Positions 45,997-55,360 of a DNA stretch of 62,263 bases are shown here, in pieces; position 1 is the stretch's first letter, and each line of letters starts with the position of its first letter. The DNA is from Candidatus Enterousia sp. Lineage in GTDB: Bacteria > Pseudomonadota > Alphaproteobacteria > Rs-D84. The notes beneath the pieces were generated by a model. That model did not search any database. It saw only the letters and a list, made by a program, of their open reading frames with translations, and was not told the DNA's origin. Location of the stretch: contig JAZRPS010000011.1 in assembly GCA_045649345.1 (NCBI GenBank), positions 1-62,263 of the forward strand, in the 5' to 3' direction. Position numbers and translations under genes: made by a program.

Positions 45997-46008
45997 GGTG
46001 TTTTTGTC

Positions 46009-47751
46009 GTGGCTGTTCGTGTATTGCCGGATTATCTGATTAATCAAATCGCCGCAGGCGAGGTGGTAGAACGTCCAGCCAGTGTTGTTAAAGAACTGGT
46101 GGAAAATGCGCTGGATGCGGGTGCAGACCAGATTGTTATCGATGTTGTTGATGGTGGGCGTACGTCGATTAGTATTATTGATAATGGGTGTGGGATGTCG
46201 CGTGATGATTTGGCGCGTGCAATTACACGACATGCGACATCAAAATTGCCCACAGATGATTTGTTGAATATTAATTTTATGGGGTTCCGTGGCGAGGCGT
46301 TGCCGTCAATCGCGTCTGTATCTGATATGACAATTGATACGTGTAATGGCATGGACGCAAATGGTTGGCAAATTGATTGTACGACGCACGAAATCAAGCC
46401 GTCTGATTGGGAAAGTGGGACCAGAATACGTGTTCAAAATTTATTCGCAAAAACGCCGGCGCGATTAAAGTTCTTGCGTGGTGACAGGGCGGAAATGATG
46501 TCGGTCTTGGACGTTGTAAAGCGTTTGGCAATGGCGCGACCTGATGTTGGCTTTATATTGAATAATAAATGGCGTTTCCCGAAAAACGAAGATATGTTGA
46601 CGCGTATCGAAAGCGTTATGGGTGATGATGTTCGTGGACGTATGCTGGATGTGGATGCAACGTCACGGTCTGTGGCTGATATGAAATTGTCGGGGTTTAT
46701 TTCGGAACCAACGTTGCGACGTGCGTCATCAATTGACCAATTTTTATTTGTAAATGGTCGACCGGTAAAGGATAAGGTCTTGGTCGGGGCATTGCGTGCG
46801 GCATATATGGACGTTATGCATTCGCGTGAATTTCCGTTGTGTGCATTGTATCTGACGGTGCCAACAGGGGCGGTTGATGTTAATGTGTCGCCTGCAAAAA
46901 CAGAAGTACACTTTCTGGAACCGACACATGTGCGTTCTTTTATAATAAAGACGTTGCGTGACAGGTTGTCACAAACGATGACGCCAGTGGCGTCTGTGCA
47001 ACAGGATACGCATATATCGCCAATGTCGACAAAATTGGACTTTGGGATTAAACGTGATGTGTTTCGGGTTTGTGATAGTGTTGCGCCAATTATGCCAAAT
47101 ATGTTTGCAAGTTCGTTTGCCAAGCCTGTGGTACGCGATATGGGTGGGCAAAATGTTGCGGTGCCAGATGATACGATTGTTGTCGATATGCCGTTGGGGC
47201 GTGTGGTGGGTCAGGTTGGAAATAAATATATAATTGCCCAGAAAGATGACAATATGGTTATTGTTGATCAACATGCAGGGCATGAGCGTATAACATATGA
47301 AAAATTGCGTGCGTATAAAATGAAATCGCAACCATTGTTGACACCAATTATTGTAAAATTGCGCGAAGAAGATGTTGTGGCGGTTTTGTCGATTGCAGAT
47401 GAATTAAGGAAATCAGGATTGCATGTCGATGCGTTTGGTGATGATGCGATTGCGATTTTTGAAAAGCCAGCAGATTGGGATATGAACTGGGGCGATGTGT
47501 TGCATTCTGTCGCGGACGAGGTGCGTGAAAACGGACATTCGTCACAATTGAATGAAAAGCTGCATTTAAAGCTGGCAAATTATGCGTGTCATCATTCTGT
47601 ACGGGCAGGGCAAAAGTTGGACTATGCCCAGATGGATGCATTGTTGCGTGATATTGAAAAGACAGAACGTGCCGGGCAATGCAATCATGGGCGACCTGTG
47701 TATAAATTTATTCCAATGACAGAAATTGATGCTTGGTTCGAACGGTTGTGA
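46009..47751 (+). CDS. mutL: DNA mismatch repair protein MutL
   Basis: INQIAAGEVVERPASVVKELVENALDAGA, GFRGEAL, C-terminal dimerisation domain with CNHGRP. GTG start. Confidence 0.92.
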   Translation: MAVRVLPDYLINQIAAGEVVERPASVVKELVENALDAGADQIVIDVVDGGRTSISIIDNGCGMSRDDLARAITRHATSKLPTDDLLNINFMGFRGEALPSIASVSDMTIDTCNGMDANGWQIDCTTHEIKPSDWESGTRIRVQNLFAKTPARLKFLRGDRAEMMSVLDVVKRLAMARPDVGFILNNKWRFPKNEDMLTRIESVMGDDVRGRMLDVDATSRSVADMKLSGFISEPTLRRASSIDQFLFVNGRPVKDKVLVGALRAAYMDVMHSREFPLCALYLTVPTGAVDVNVSPAKTEVHFLEPTHVRSFIIKTLRDRLSQTMTPVASVQQDTHISPMSTKLDFGIKRDVFRVCDSVAPIMPNMFASSFAKPVVRDMGGQNVAVPDDTIVVDMPLGRVVGQVGNKYIIAQKDDNMVIVDQHAGHERITYEKLRAYKMKSQPLLTPIIVKLREEDVVAVLSIADELRKSGLHVDAFGDDAIAIFEKPADWDMNWGDVLHSVADEVRENGHSSQLNEKLHLKLANYACHHSVRAGQKLDYAQMDALLRDIEKTERAGQCNHGRPVYKFIPMTEIDAWFERL

Positions 47752-47822
47752 ATTTTCTGTATTTTTTCTTTACTTTTTGGGTCTTATTTACTATCGTGGA
47801 CGTATTAAATAAGGAGAAATAT

Positions 47823-48140
47823 ATGGAAGAAGCAGCAGTTGTTGTCGAAAATGTTGCGCAGAATGCGTCTGCGAATGCACCACAGGGCAGTATGTGGGGT
47901 ATGGTTTTGTACTGTATCGTTGTCTTTGCGATTATCTATTTCTTGATGGTTCGTCCAAACAAAAAACGTATGGCAGAATATCAAAAAATGCTGGATTCAT
48001 TGCAGGTTGGTAATCGTGTGATGGCGGCTGGTATTTATGGCGTAATCAAAAAAATCAATGAAAAAACAATTGAATTAGAAGTTGCCAAGGGCGTTGTTAT
48101 TGAGGTTAATAAAAACGCAGTGGCAGGGGTCGAAGAATAA
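47823..48140 (+). CDS. yajC: Preprotein translocase subunit YajC
   Basis: Single TM, then RPNKKRMAEYQKMLDSLQVGNRVMAAGIYGVI. GGAGAAA RBS ahead of ATG 47823. Confidence 0.8.
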   Translation: MEEAAVVVENVAQNASANAPQGSMWGMVLYCIVVFAIIYFLMVRPNKKRMAEYQKMLDSLQVGNRVMAAGIYGVIKKINEKTIELEVAKGVVIEVNKNAVAGVEE

Positions 48141-48155
48141 TAAAAGGGTTGTGGT

Positions 48156-49718
48156 ATGTTTAAAAAGTTGGCGATTGTATTTGTCGCGGTGTTTTGTGTA
48201 TTGTTGGCGGTGCCAACAATGTCGCCAAAGTTGGCGCCTTATTTCCCATCTTGGATTCAGCCGGTTCCATTGGGATTGGATTTAAAGGGCGGGGCGCAAT
48301 TGTTGTTAGAGGTTGATACAACAACAATGTTCCAAGAAAAGTCAGAACAATTATATGAAGAAACACGTTCTGCGTTGATTGATAGAAACAAGGGCGTTAT
48401 TCGTTTTTCTAATTTGCGTAATGACGATGGTGTTGTGTCTTTGGTTGTTCGTAATGATGATGAAGTTTCAGATGCCAAGGGACGTTTAAAGAGTGTTTTT
48501 GGAAATACGGTTGATATTGCATCTGATGGGAAAAAGATAACGTTGTCTTATTCTGATGTGCAAAAAGAAGAAATGGTAAAGGATGCGTTGGCGCGCAGTA
48601 TTGAAATCGTTCGTCGTCGTATTGATGCGCTGGGGACCAAGGAACCGTCAATTCAAAGCCAGGGTGGAAAATATATTTTGGTTCAGTTGCCGGGGGTTGA
48701 TAATCCAGAACGTATCAAGGAGTTGATTGGTCAGACCGCAAAAATGACATTCCATTTGGTTAATGAAAATGTTAGCCAGGAACAGGTTGCGTCTGGTCGT
48801 GCGCCCAGTGGTACGGAATTTTTGCCGTATATTGATTCGCCGGGTTCTGTGGTGCCGGTGTATTCGCGCGTAGAAGTGTCGGGTGAATCATTGAAAGATT
48901 CCCAGGCGGAATTTGATCAGAATAATATGCCGGTTGTGTCTACTGTGTTTGATGCATCGGGTGCGCGTCGCTTTGCAAAGTTGACAACAGAACATGTTAA
49001 TGAACGCTTTGCAATTGTTTTAGACGGCAAGGTTTTGTCCGCGCCGGTAATTCGTGAACCAATCCCTGGTGGGCGTGGTCAGATTTCTGGTGGCTTTACA
49101 TTACAGGGCGCAAAAGATTTGGCGGTGTTGTTGCGTTCAGGCGCATTGCCGGCCCCATTACAGGTTATCGAAGAACGTGTTGTTGGTGCGGGATTGGGTG
49201 CCGATACAATTGCCGGTGGTAAAATTGGGGCAATCGCTGGTGTTTGTTTAATCTTTATTTTCTTGCTGTTGGTGTATCGTGGGTTCGGTGTAATTGCGAT
49301 GATATCACTGATGGTGAACTTGGGCATGATTGTTGGATTGACCGCGTTGTTCGGCGCAACATTAACATTGCCTGGTATTGCGGGTATTGTGTTGACGTTG
49401 GGTATGGCGGTGGACGCAAACGTGTTGCCGTTTGAACGTATACGTGATGAAGTAAAATCTGGAACGCCGACGTTGCGTGCAACAAATCTGGGGTTTGATC
49501 GTGCGATGAAGGCGGTGTTGGACGGAAACTTAACAACATTGATTTGTGGTTTGGTGTTGTTCCAGTTTGGTGCGGGTCCAATCCGTGGGTTCGCGGTGAC
49601 ATTGTCAATCGGTATTCTGACAACCTTGTTCACGTGTGTATGCTTGACCAAGGTATTGGTGGATTGGTACATGAATGGCAAAAATAAAAAGATTGGTTTT
49701 GTCGGTGGTGGTAAATAA
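48156..49718 (+). CDS. secD: Protein translocase subunit SecD
   Basis: LGLDLKGG, large periplasmic domain, C-terminal six-TM bundle with GIAGIVLTLGMAVDANVL. Confidence 0.92.
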   Translation: MFKKLAIVFVAVFCVLLAVPTMSPKLAPYFPSWIQPVPLGLDLKGGAQLLLEVDTTTMFQEKSEQLYEETRSALIDRNKGVIRFSNLRNDDGVVSLVVRNDDEVSDAKGRLKSVFGNTVDIASDGKKITLSYSDVQKEEMVKDALARSIEIVRRRIDALGTKEPSIQSQGGKYILVQLPGVDNPERIKELIGQTAKMTFHLVNENVSQEQVASGRAPSGTEFLPYIDSPGSVVPVYSRVEVSGESLKDSQAEFDQNNMPVVSTVFDASGARRFAKLTTEHVNERFAIVLDGKVLSAPVIREPIPGGRGQISGGFTLQGAKDLAVLLRSGALPAPLQVIEERVVGAGLGADTIAGGKIGAIAGVCLIFIFLLLVYRGFGVIAMISLMVNLGMIVGLTALFGATLTLPGIAGIVLTLGMAVDANVLPFERIRDEVKSGTPTLRATNLGFDRAMKAVLDGNLTTLICGLVLFQFGAGPIRGFAVTLSIGILTTLFTCVCLTKVLVDWYMNGKNKKIGFVGGGK

Positions 49719-49739
49719 AGAATGCAAAGGGGAAGTATT

Positions 49740-50603
49740 ATGAAATTGCAGGTTATGAAATATCGTAAGGTATCGTACATTGTTTCAGGGTTGTTTATTC
49801 TGTTGTCGATATTTTCATTGTTGGTGCGTGGGTTGAATTATGGTATTGACTTTTCAGGCGGTATCGCGATGGAGGTTAAACCAATTGTTCAGAACTATGG
49901 CATTGAACAAATGCGTTCTGCATTGGACGAATTTAATCCAGAATTACAGACCGTTGATGGTGATGCAATTCTTATACGTGTTGGATTACCAAAGGGGTCG
50001 ACAGACGCACAGCAGAATGAACGTGTGACAGAAATTAAGAATATTCTGGGTGAAAATGTTCAGTATGAACAGGTGCAAATTGTTGGACCAAAAATTGGCG
50101 GCGAATTGGTACGTGGTGGTATCTTGGCAATATTGTTTGCGTTCGTTATGATGGCAATCTATGTATGGATTCGATACAAGGGCGGATATGCAGTTGGTGC
50201 GTTTGTATCGTTGTTCTTGGATTTTGTGTTGATGTTTGGATTCTTTTCAATTACAGGTTTGGAATTTAACCAGACGGCGATTGCGGTTATCTTGACGGGT
50301 ATTGGTTATTCAATTAATGACAAGATTGTTAACTATGACCGAATTGATGAGAATGTAAAGAAATATCACAAAATGCCAATGGGCGACTTGATTGATTTGT
50401 CGGTTAATGAAATGTTGCGTCGTACAATGTTGACCAGTGTTTCAACATTGCTGGCGATGATTGGTTTGTCGATATTCGGTGGTCAATTGTTGCGTGAATT
50501 TGCATATGCAATGGGATTCAGTGTAATTATGGGTACGTTTACCAGTATTTATATTTCAAATATTATGCTGTATCACTTTAATTTGCGCGATACAGATAAA
50601 TAA
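49740..50603 (+). CDS. secF: Protein translocase subunit SecF
   Basis: GLNYGIDFSGG, GYSINDKIVNYDRI. AAGGGGA RBS ahead of ATG 49740. Confidence 0.9.
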   Translation: MKLQVMKYRKVSYIVSGLFILLSIFSLLVRGLNYGIDFSGGIAMEVKPIVQNYGIEQMRSALDEFNPELQTVDGDAILIRVGLPKGSTDAQQNERVTEIKNILGENVQYEQVQIVGPKIGGELVRGGILAILFAFVMMAIYVWIRYKGGYAVGAFVSLFLDFVLMFGFFSITGLEFNQTAIAVILTGIGYSINDKIVNYDRIDENVKKYHKMPMGDLIDLSVNEMLRRTMLTSVSTLLAMIGLSIFGGQLLREFAYAMGFSVIMGTFTSIYISNIMLYHFNLRDTDK

Positions 50604-50638
50604 AAATACCGCACCGCAACCAGGGGGAGGAAACGCGT

Positions 50639-52147
50639 ATGAGAATGAAAAATTTCTTGGTATGGATGTCAATTGTTCTGGGGGTGGTGCCGTATTCGTA
50701 TGCGGACAGTTTGTTCTTTGAGGATGAGCCGGTGCAAGATGGGTTGCATGTGTTTGATGTTTCAAAAACATTTGCGGAAATTTATGAAAAATTAGATGGT
50801 ATTAATTGGGCGGGCAAAAGCCTGAATGTTGCGATTGAAAGTTTGGAGAATTTAAATCCAAATGCGCATATTGCCGCGACAGATGAACGTGTCGTTTTGG
50901 TTTGGGGTGATAATATAATTGCAAATTATCCACGACCTGAAAATAAAGATTGGAATGGTTTCGGCGAAATTACAACTGCATTGATATTAAAGATGCGTGC
51001 AAATGATATGGGATTGCACAGATTATCAGAAAGTGAAATGTATCAGGTTGTGGTTGATAGTCTGATGCGTGGTGTTGATGAAAATGGTCGCTATATATTC
51101 TCAAAAAAAGCGGAAATTGCCGAAGATGGCAGAATTTTAACCAGTGTCGGATTGGAAGGGGCGCGCGATAACCGTGGAAACTTTCGTGTGACAGGTGTTT
51201 ACAAAGGTGCGCCTGCGGATACTGCTGGAATTCGCGCGGGTGATTTGATTGCGCAAATAAATGGGCGTGCGGTTCCAGAAATGTCAGATGCAGAAATGGC
51301 ACGTGTTTTAAGTGGGTTTAATTCTGGAACATCAAAAATAAAATTATTAACACCATCAGGGAATAAAGATGTTGTTTTACGTCGTGCGACAATTGTGTTG
51401 GCAGATGCAGACGTTGTTCATCGCAGTGACCCAAATACAGGTGGTTTGTTGGAAATTGTTGTACATGAAATAACACCGGGCGCGGTTGATATTGTAAACG
51501 AGGCGTTGGCACGTTTCCCCGATATATCTGGGATTGTATTGGATTTGCGTGCGACAACCGGCGATGATGAACGGGCAGCGGCAAAATTTGGTGGTTTGTT
51601 TATTGGTAAAACACCGGTTATGCGTATCGTTGAAACAGCCCGTGATGAAGTAGAGGTTGTCCCAGGTGGCGATGCGGTCACAGATGTTCCTGTGGTTGTT
51701 TTGATGTCTGATATGACGCGTGGCACGGCAGAGGCATTAGTCGCCGCTTTCTATGAAAATCAGCGTGGTGTTTTGGTTGGTACACCAACCGCAGGCAACG
51801 CCCGTATCGCATCGCGTATTGACCTGGATAATGGTGGGGCGTTGGAATTGTTGAATAAATCAATTAAGACAGGGCAGGGACGTGTTATTGATGGACGTGG
51901 CGTTTTCCCGATTGTATGTCTGTCAAATATTAGAACCAGTCAACAACAAAATGCATTTTTCTTAAATGTTATTAATAATGACTTTAATGCCCAAGATTTA
52001 AATAAAAGAAATGATTTAAAGCCAGCAGACATTCGTCGTGGTTGTCCAGTTATTACCAATGGTGCCGATGAAGATGCAGTCGCAACCGCGGTTTCGGTTA
52101 AAATTTTAACGGATAAAAAAGTTTATAATAAACTAATCGCAGAATGA
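50639..52147 (+). CDS. S41 (C-terminal processing) peptidase homologue with a PDZ domain, catalytic dyad apparently absent
   Basis: Signal peptide, PDZ (VTGVYKGAPADTAGIRAGDLIAQINGRAV), S41 fold segments (GIVLDLRATTGD, VVVLMSDMTRGTAEAL, GTPTAGNARI). Confidence 0.6.
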   Translation: MRMKNFLVWMSIVLGVVPYSYADSLFFEDEPVQDGLHVFDVSKTFAEIYEKLDGINWAGKSLNVAIESLENLNPNAHIAATDERVVLVWGDNIIANYPRPENKDWNGFGEITTALILKMRANDMGLHRLSESEMYQVVVDSLMRGVDENGRYIFSKKAEIAEDGRILTSVGLEGARDNRGNFRVTGVYKGAPADTAGIRAGDLIAQINGRAVPEMSDAEMARVLSGFNSGTSKIKLLTPSGNKDVVLRRATIVLADADVVHRSDPNTGGLLEIVVHEITPGAVDIVNEALARFPDISGIVLDLRATTGDDERAAAKFGGLFIGKTPVMRIVETARDEVEVVPGGDAVTDVPVVVLMSDMTRGTAEALVAAFYENQRGVLVGTPTAGNARIASRIDLDNGGALELLNKSIKTGQGRVIDGRGVFPIVCLSNIRTSQQQNAFFLNVINNDFNAQDLNKRNDLKPADIRRGCPVITNGADEDAVATAVSVKILTDKKVYNKLIAE

Positions 52148-52168
52148 TTATAAAAAAGGGGTGTGGGT

Positions 52169-52849
52169 ATGTTTTTAACAACAAATAATAAAATATTATG
52201 GGGGCGTATGGCGTTGGGCGCGTTGGTGACGGCGGTCTTGGTTGCGTCTGGGGTTTTGTGGTTTGATAAACCGGTGTTTTTGTTCTTGCGTCAGTTTGAT
52301 TGTGCAGCATGGTCAATTTTGGGCAAGATTACAGATGGCAAGGTTTGGATTATTGCGTCATTTATTGCTGTGTTGGTATTTTGTGCCAGAAAGTGTGTAA
52401 AGACAGATTGTGAATTTTTAGTTAATAAAAAGCACAGGGGAATTTGGGCATATTTGCGCAATTTATTTGCAAATATGCGTACAAATAATGCGTTCTTGAT
52501 TTTTTGCAGTGTTTTGTCTGCGGGTATTATTGTCAAGGTATTAAAGTATTGTATTGGTCGCGCGCGCCCTGTATTTTTCGAAGCGTTGGATATGACTGGA
52601 TTCTTTCCGCCGTCATTAGAGTGGGCGTTTAATTCCATGCCGTCTGGGCATGCAACTGTCAGTTTCGCAGGCTTGGTTATGATTGGTATGTTGGCACCAA
52701 AATATAAGCCGTTAACGTGGACATTTGCGATTGTTATTGGTTTGTCGCGTGTTGCAATGGGGGTGCATTGGCCGTCGGATGTTATATTGGGTGCCTTTAT
52801 TGGTATGGTTGTTGCAGATATTGTAAAGGGAATGTTGTTAAAGAAATAA
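52169..52849 (+). CDS. PAP2-family lipid phosphatase (PgpB/LpxE/LpxF-like)
   Basis: Three PAP2 motifs: KYCIGRARP, PSGH, SRVAMGVHWPSD. Polytopic membrane protein. Confidence 0.8.
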   Translation: MFLTTNNKILWGRMALGALVTAVLVASGVLWFDKPVFLFLRQFDCAAWSILGKITDGKVWIIASFIAVLVFCARKCVKTDCEFLVNKKHRGIWAYLRNLFANMRTNNAFLIFCSVLSAGIIVKVLKYCIGRARPVFFEALDMTGFFPPSLEWAFNSMPSGHATVSFAGLVMIGMLAPKYKPLTWTFAIVIGLSRVAMGVHWPSDVILGAFIGMVVADIVKGMLLKK

Positions 52850-52879
52850 AAAAAACCGCCATTTGGCGGTTTTTTTTTG
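52849..52879 (+). terminator. Intrinsic terminator after the PAP2 gene
   Basis: AACCGCC ATTT GGCGGTT with an A-run and a long T-run. Confidence 0.7.
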
Positions 52880-52907
52880 TCCTTTTTTGTGATAAAATAC
52901 ATACGTT

Positions 52908-55166
52908 ATGGCAAAAGAATCTAAATTTTTACCCCAGCGCGTATCTGATGCGTTAAAGAGTTTGCTGGCCCGTGTATTCGGGGTGGTTGTTTGTGTTTTT
53001 GGAATTTGGGCAACGTTTGCGTTGTTGTTTTATAATCCGTACTTAGACGGTTTTGGTGTCGCCAGTTCTTTTGGTGACCAATCGTTGATGGGGTATATCG
53101 TGGGCGTGGTACGATATGCGGTTGGTGTAATTCCTGGGTTGTTTGTGTTTTTGTGTGTTGCGCGTTGGGGGGCGGCAACCGTTATTGGGTTGGATAGTGG
53201 TGATGCCCCAGAATATAATTTCTTGCGTGGGTTTATTGCAGTATGCATGGGGGCGGCCGGTTTTGGATTGTTGGTGCCGTCTGCGTCATTTGGTGGTATG
53301 TTTGGCGCGATTGTGGCCAGTGATGTTAGTGCGCTGATTGGTTCATGGGCGGTGATTCCTGGGATTTTCTGTGTGTTGGGATTTTTGGTAATGGGGGGTA
53401 TGCTGTTGCATGTAAAATGGGCGCATGTTCGTGGTGCGTTGCGTATGTTCGTGCGTTGGTTGCGTTGGGTTGCGTCTGCGTTCCATTTAACACATGGGCA
53501 ATATGTTGAACATACAGATGATGCATCAGAAGACGAAACAGATGAAGAATATGACGAAGAAGAAGCCGAAGAAGAGGTGGAAGAAGAAAAGCCAAAGCGT
53601 GGTTTGTTGCGTAAAAAAGTTGCAAAGCCTGTCAAGGCAGCTGCACCTGTGGCGGCGGCAAAGATACGTAATGCAGGTGCGTATGAATTGCCAGACCCAA
53701 AATTCTTGGAACGTTCCAGTTTCAGTAAGTGTTCTGTCACGAATGATTTAAAACAAAACGCCAAGAATATGGAGGTGCATTTCGCACAATATGGTGTCTA
53801 TGGCAAGGTGGTTGGTATTAAGCCGGGACCGGTGGTGACACTGTATGAATTTATGCCAGACGATGGTACGCGTATGACGGACGTTAACAAGACTGTGACA
53901 GATATGGTGCGTGCAATGGCCACAGAAAATATCCGTATTGCACATATTCCGCGTACACAGTTGATTGGTGTTGAAATGGTAAATCTGAACCGTCAGACGG
54001 TGCGTTATCGTGGGCTGGTTGAAAATCCGTTGTTTACAGAATCAAAGTACAAGATTCCATTGGCGCTGGGTGTGGATATTGGTGGAAATCCAATGTATTT
54101 TGATTTGGCAAAAATGCCACATATGCTGATTGCAGGGCGTACCGGCTCGGGTAAGTCTGTGTTTGTTCAATCATTGATTACATCAATTGTTTATCACTTT
54201 ACACCTGATAAGTGCAAGTTGATGATTATCGACCCAAAGGGTGTTGATTTCGGGTTCTGGGATGATATTCCACACTTGATTACGCCGATTGTAAAGTTAG
54301 ACCCAGGGGCGGCGGTGAATGCGCTGAAATGGGCAGTACGGGAAATGGAAGAACGTTATAAACAACTGCAATTATTAAATGCACGAAATATCGAAAGCTA
54401 TAATGAAATGGCGGCGGAAAAACGCGCGTCTGGTGAAAAACTGACTAAACAGGTCGCCGTTGGTACAGACGATGAAACTGGTGAATTGCTATTCGAAACC
54501 CAAGAAGTCGATTTGTCTGATATGTCATATATCGTAATTATTATTGACGAGGTGGCAGACCTGATGAGTTTGGCGCGTAAAGAGGTAGAAGCCTGTGTTC
54601 AACGTATCGCGCAAAAGGCGCGTGCTGCCGGTATTCACCTGATTATGGCGACGCAAAGACCCGACGCGACAACAATTACCGGTGTTATCAAGGCGAATTT
54701 CCCAACACGTGTTTCGTTCCAGGCGCGCAGTCGTATCGACAGTACAACATGTCTGGGCGAAGGTGGCGCAGAAAATCTGTTGGCAATGGGTGATATGCTG
54801 TTTAGCGAGGCAGGTCGCATCCCTGTTCGTATACATGGCGCCTTTATTGATGACAGTGAATTAACACGTATTGGTAATTTCTTGCGCGCCCAGGGCGAAC
54901 CAGAATATGCATCTGGCGTCACAGATGGCGAAGAGAATACGGATGCTGCACCGGTACCGTCTGCATCAGAAGTTAGGGCAGAAAAAAATGCCGATATGTA
55001 TGAACAGGCCAAAGAAATCGTCATTCGTGATAAAAAGCCGACAATTTCATATATTCAGCGCAGACTGGGCATCGGTTATAACAAGGCGGCCGGGTTTATA
55101 GAACGCATGGAACAAGAAGGTGTTGTGTCTGCGCCTGACGCGAACAACAAACGCCACATTCTCTAA
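52908..55166 (+). CDS. ftsK: DNA translocase FtsK
   Basis: N-terminal 4-TM domain, acidic/Ala-rich linker, motor with Walker A GRTGSGKS and IIIDEVADL, C-terminal gamma winged helix (ISYIQRRLGIGYNKAAGFIERMEQEGVV). Confidence 0.95.
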   Translation: MAKESKFLPQRVSDALKSLLARVFGVVVCVFGIWATFALLFYNPYLDGFGVASSFGDQSLMGYIVGVVRYAVGVIPGLFVFLCVARWGAATVIGLDSGDAPEYNFLRGFIAVCMGAAGFGLLVPSASFGGMFGAIVASDVSALIGSWAVIPGIFCVLGFLVMGGMLLHVKWAHVRGALRMFVRWLRWVASAFHLTHGQYVEHTDDASEDETDEEYDEEEAEEEVEEEKPKRGLLRKKVAKPVKAAAPVAAAKIRNAGAYELPDPKFLERSSFSKCSVTNDLKQNAKNMEVHFAQYGVYGKVVGIKPGPVVTLYEFMPDDGTRMTDVNKTVTDMVRAMATENIRIAHIPRTQLIGVEMVNLNRQTVRYRGLVENPLFTESKYKIPLALGVDIGGNPMYFDLAKMPHMLIAGRTGSGKSVFVQSLITSIVYHFTPDKCKLMIIDPKGVDFGFWDDIPHLITPIVKLDPGAAVNALKWAVREMEERYKQLQLLNARNIESYNEMAAEKRASGEKLTKQVAVGTDDETGELLFETQEVDLSDMSYIVIIIDEVADLMSLARKEVEACVQRIAQKARAAGIHLIMATQRPDATTITGVIKANFPTRVSFQARSRIDSTTCLGEGGAENLLAMGDMLFSEAGRIPVRIHGAFIDDSELTRIGNFLRAQGEPEYASGVTDGEENTDAAPVPSASEVRAEKNADMYEQAKEIVIRDKKPTISYIQRRLGIGYNKAAGFIERMEQEGVVSAPDANNKRHIL

Positions 55167-55272
55167 AATAAAATCTAATGGCATATCTAAAGTGGGTTGG
55201 CAATGGCTCATGTACGTTTGTGTACACTACGCCATTTCCACCCCGTTTATCTATACCATTATCTTTTATTTT
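55163..55272. repeat. Palindromic ~108-bp MITE/REP-like element, copy C
   Basis: Aligns base for base with 23926-24034 apart from about 8 substitutions by eye. Same loop TCATGTACGTTTGTGTACACTAC. The ftsK stop codon lies at its left edge. Confidence 0.85.
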
Positions 55273-55284
55273 ATCCCACTGCAA

Positions 55285-55294
55285 GGGGGGGGGG
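55285..55294 (+). repeat. Homopolymeric G10 tract upstream of the first cysteine-rich protein gene
   Basis: Ten consecutive G in an otherwise AT-rich intergenic region, 66 nt before ATG 55361. Confidence 0.9.
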
Positions 55295-55360
55295 CGATTA
55301 TTTTTATTTTTGTCTTTTATTCTTTTTGTTTTTATGTTAAAATTAACGGTAAGAGAGAAA

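Noticed and set aside
55178-55360. Upstream extension of the 807-aa ORF (the ORF track starts at 55178), and similar 5' extensions of other ORFs. Examples are 9915-12548, 15004-region neighbours, 32733, 35966-37108, 44379-45563, 47733 and 58671-59432
   Set aside because: The extensions run through the palindromic element, the G10 tract, promoters or the neighbouring gene. They lack signal-peptide logic. Internal Met codons preceded by purine-rich RBS-like sequences give N-termini that match family expectations.
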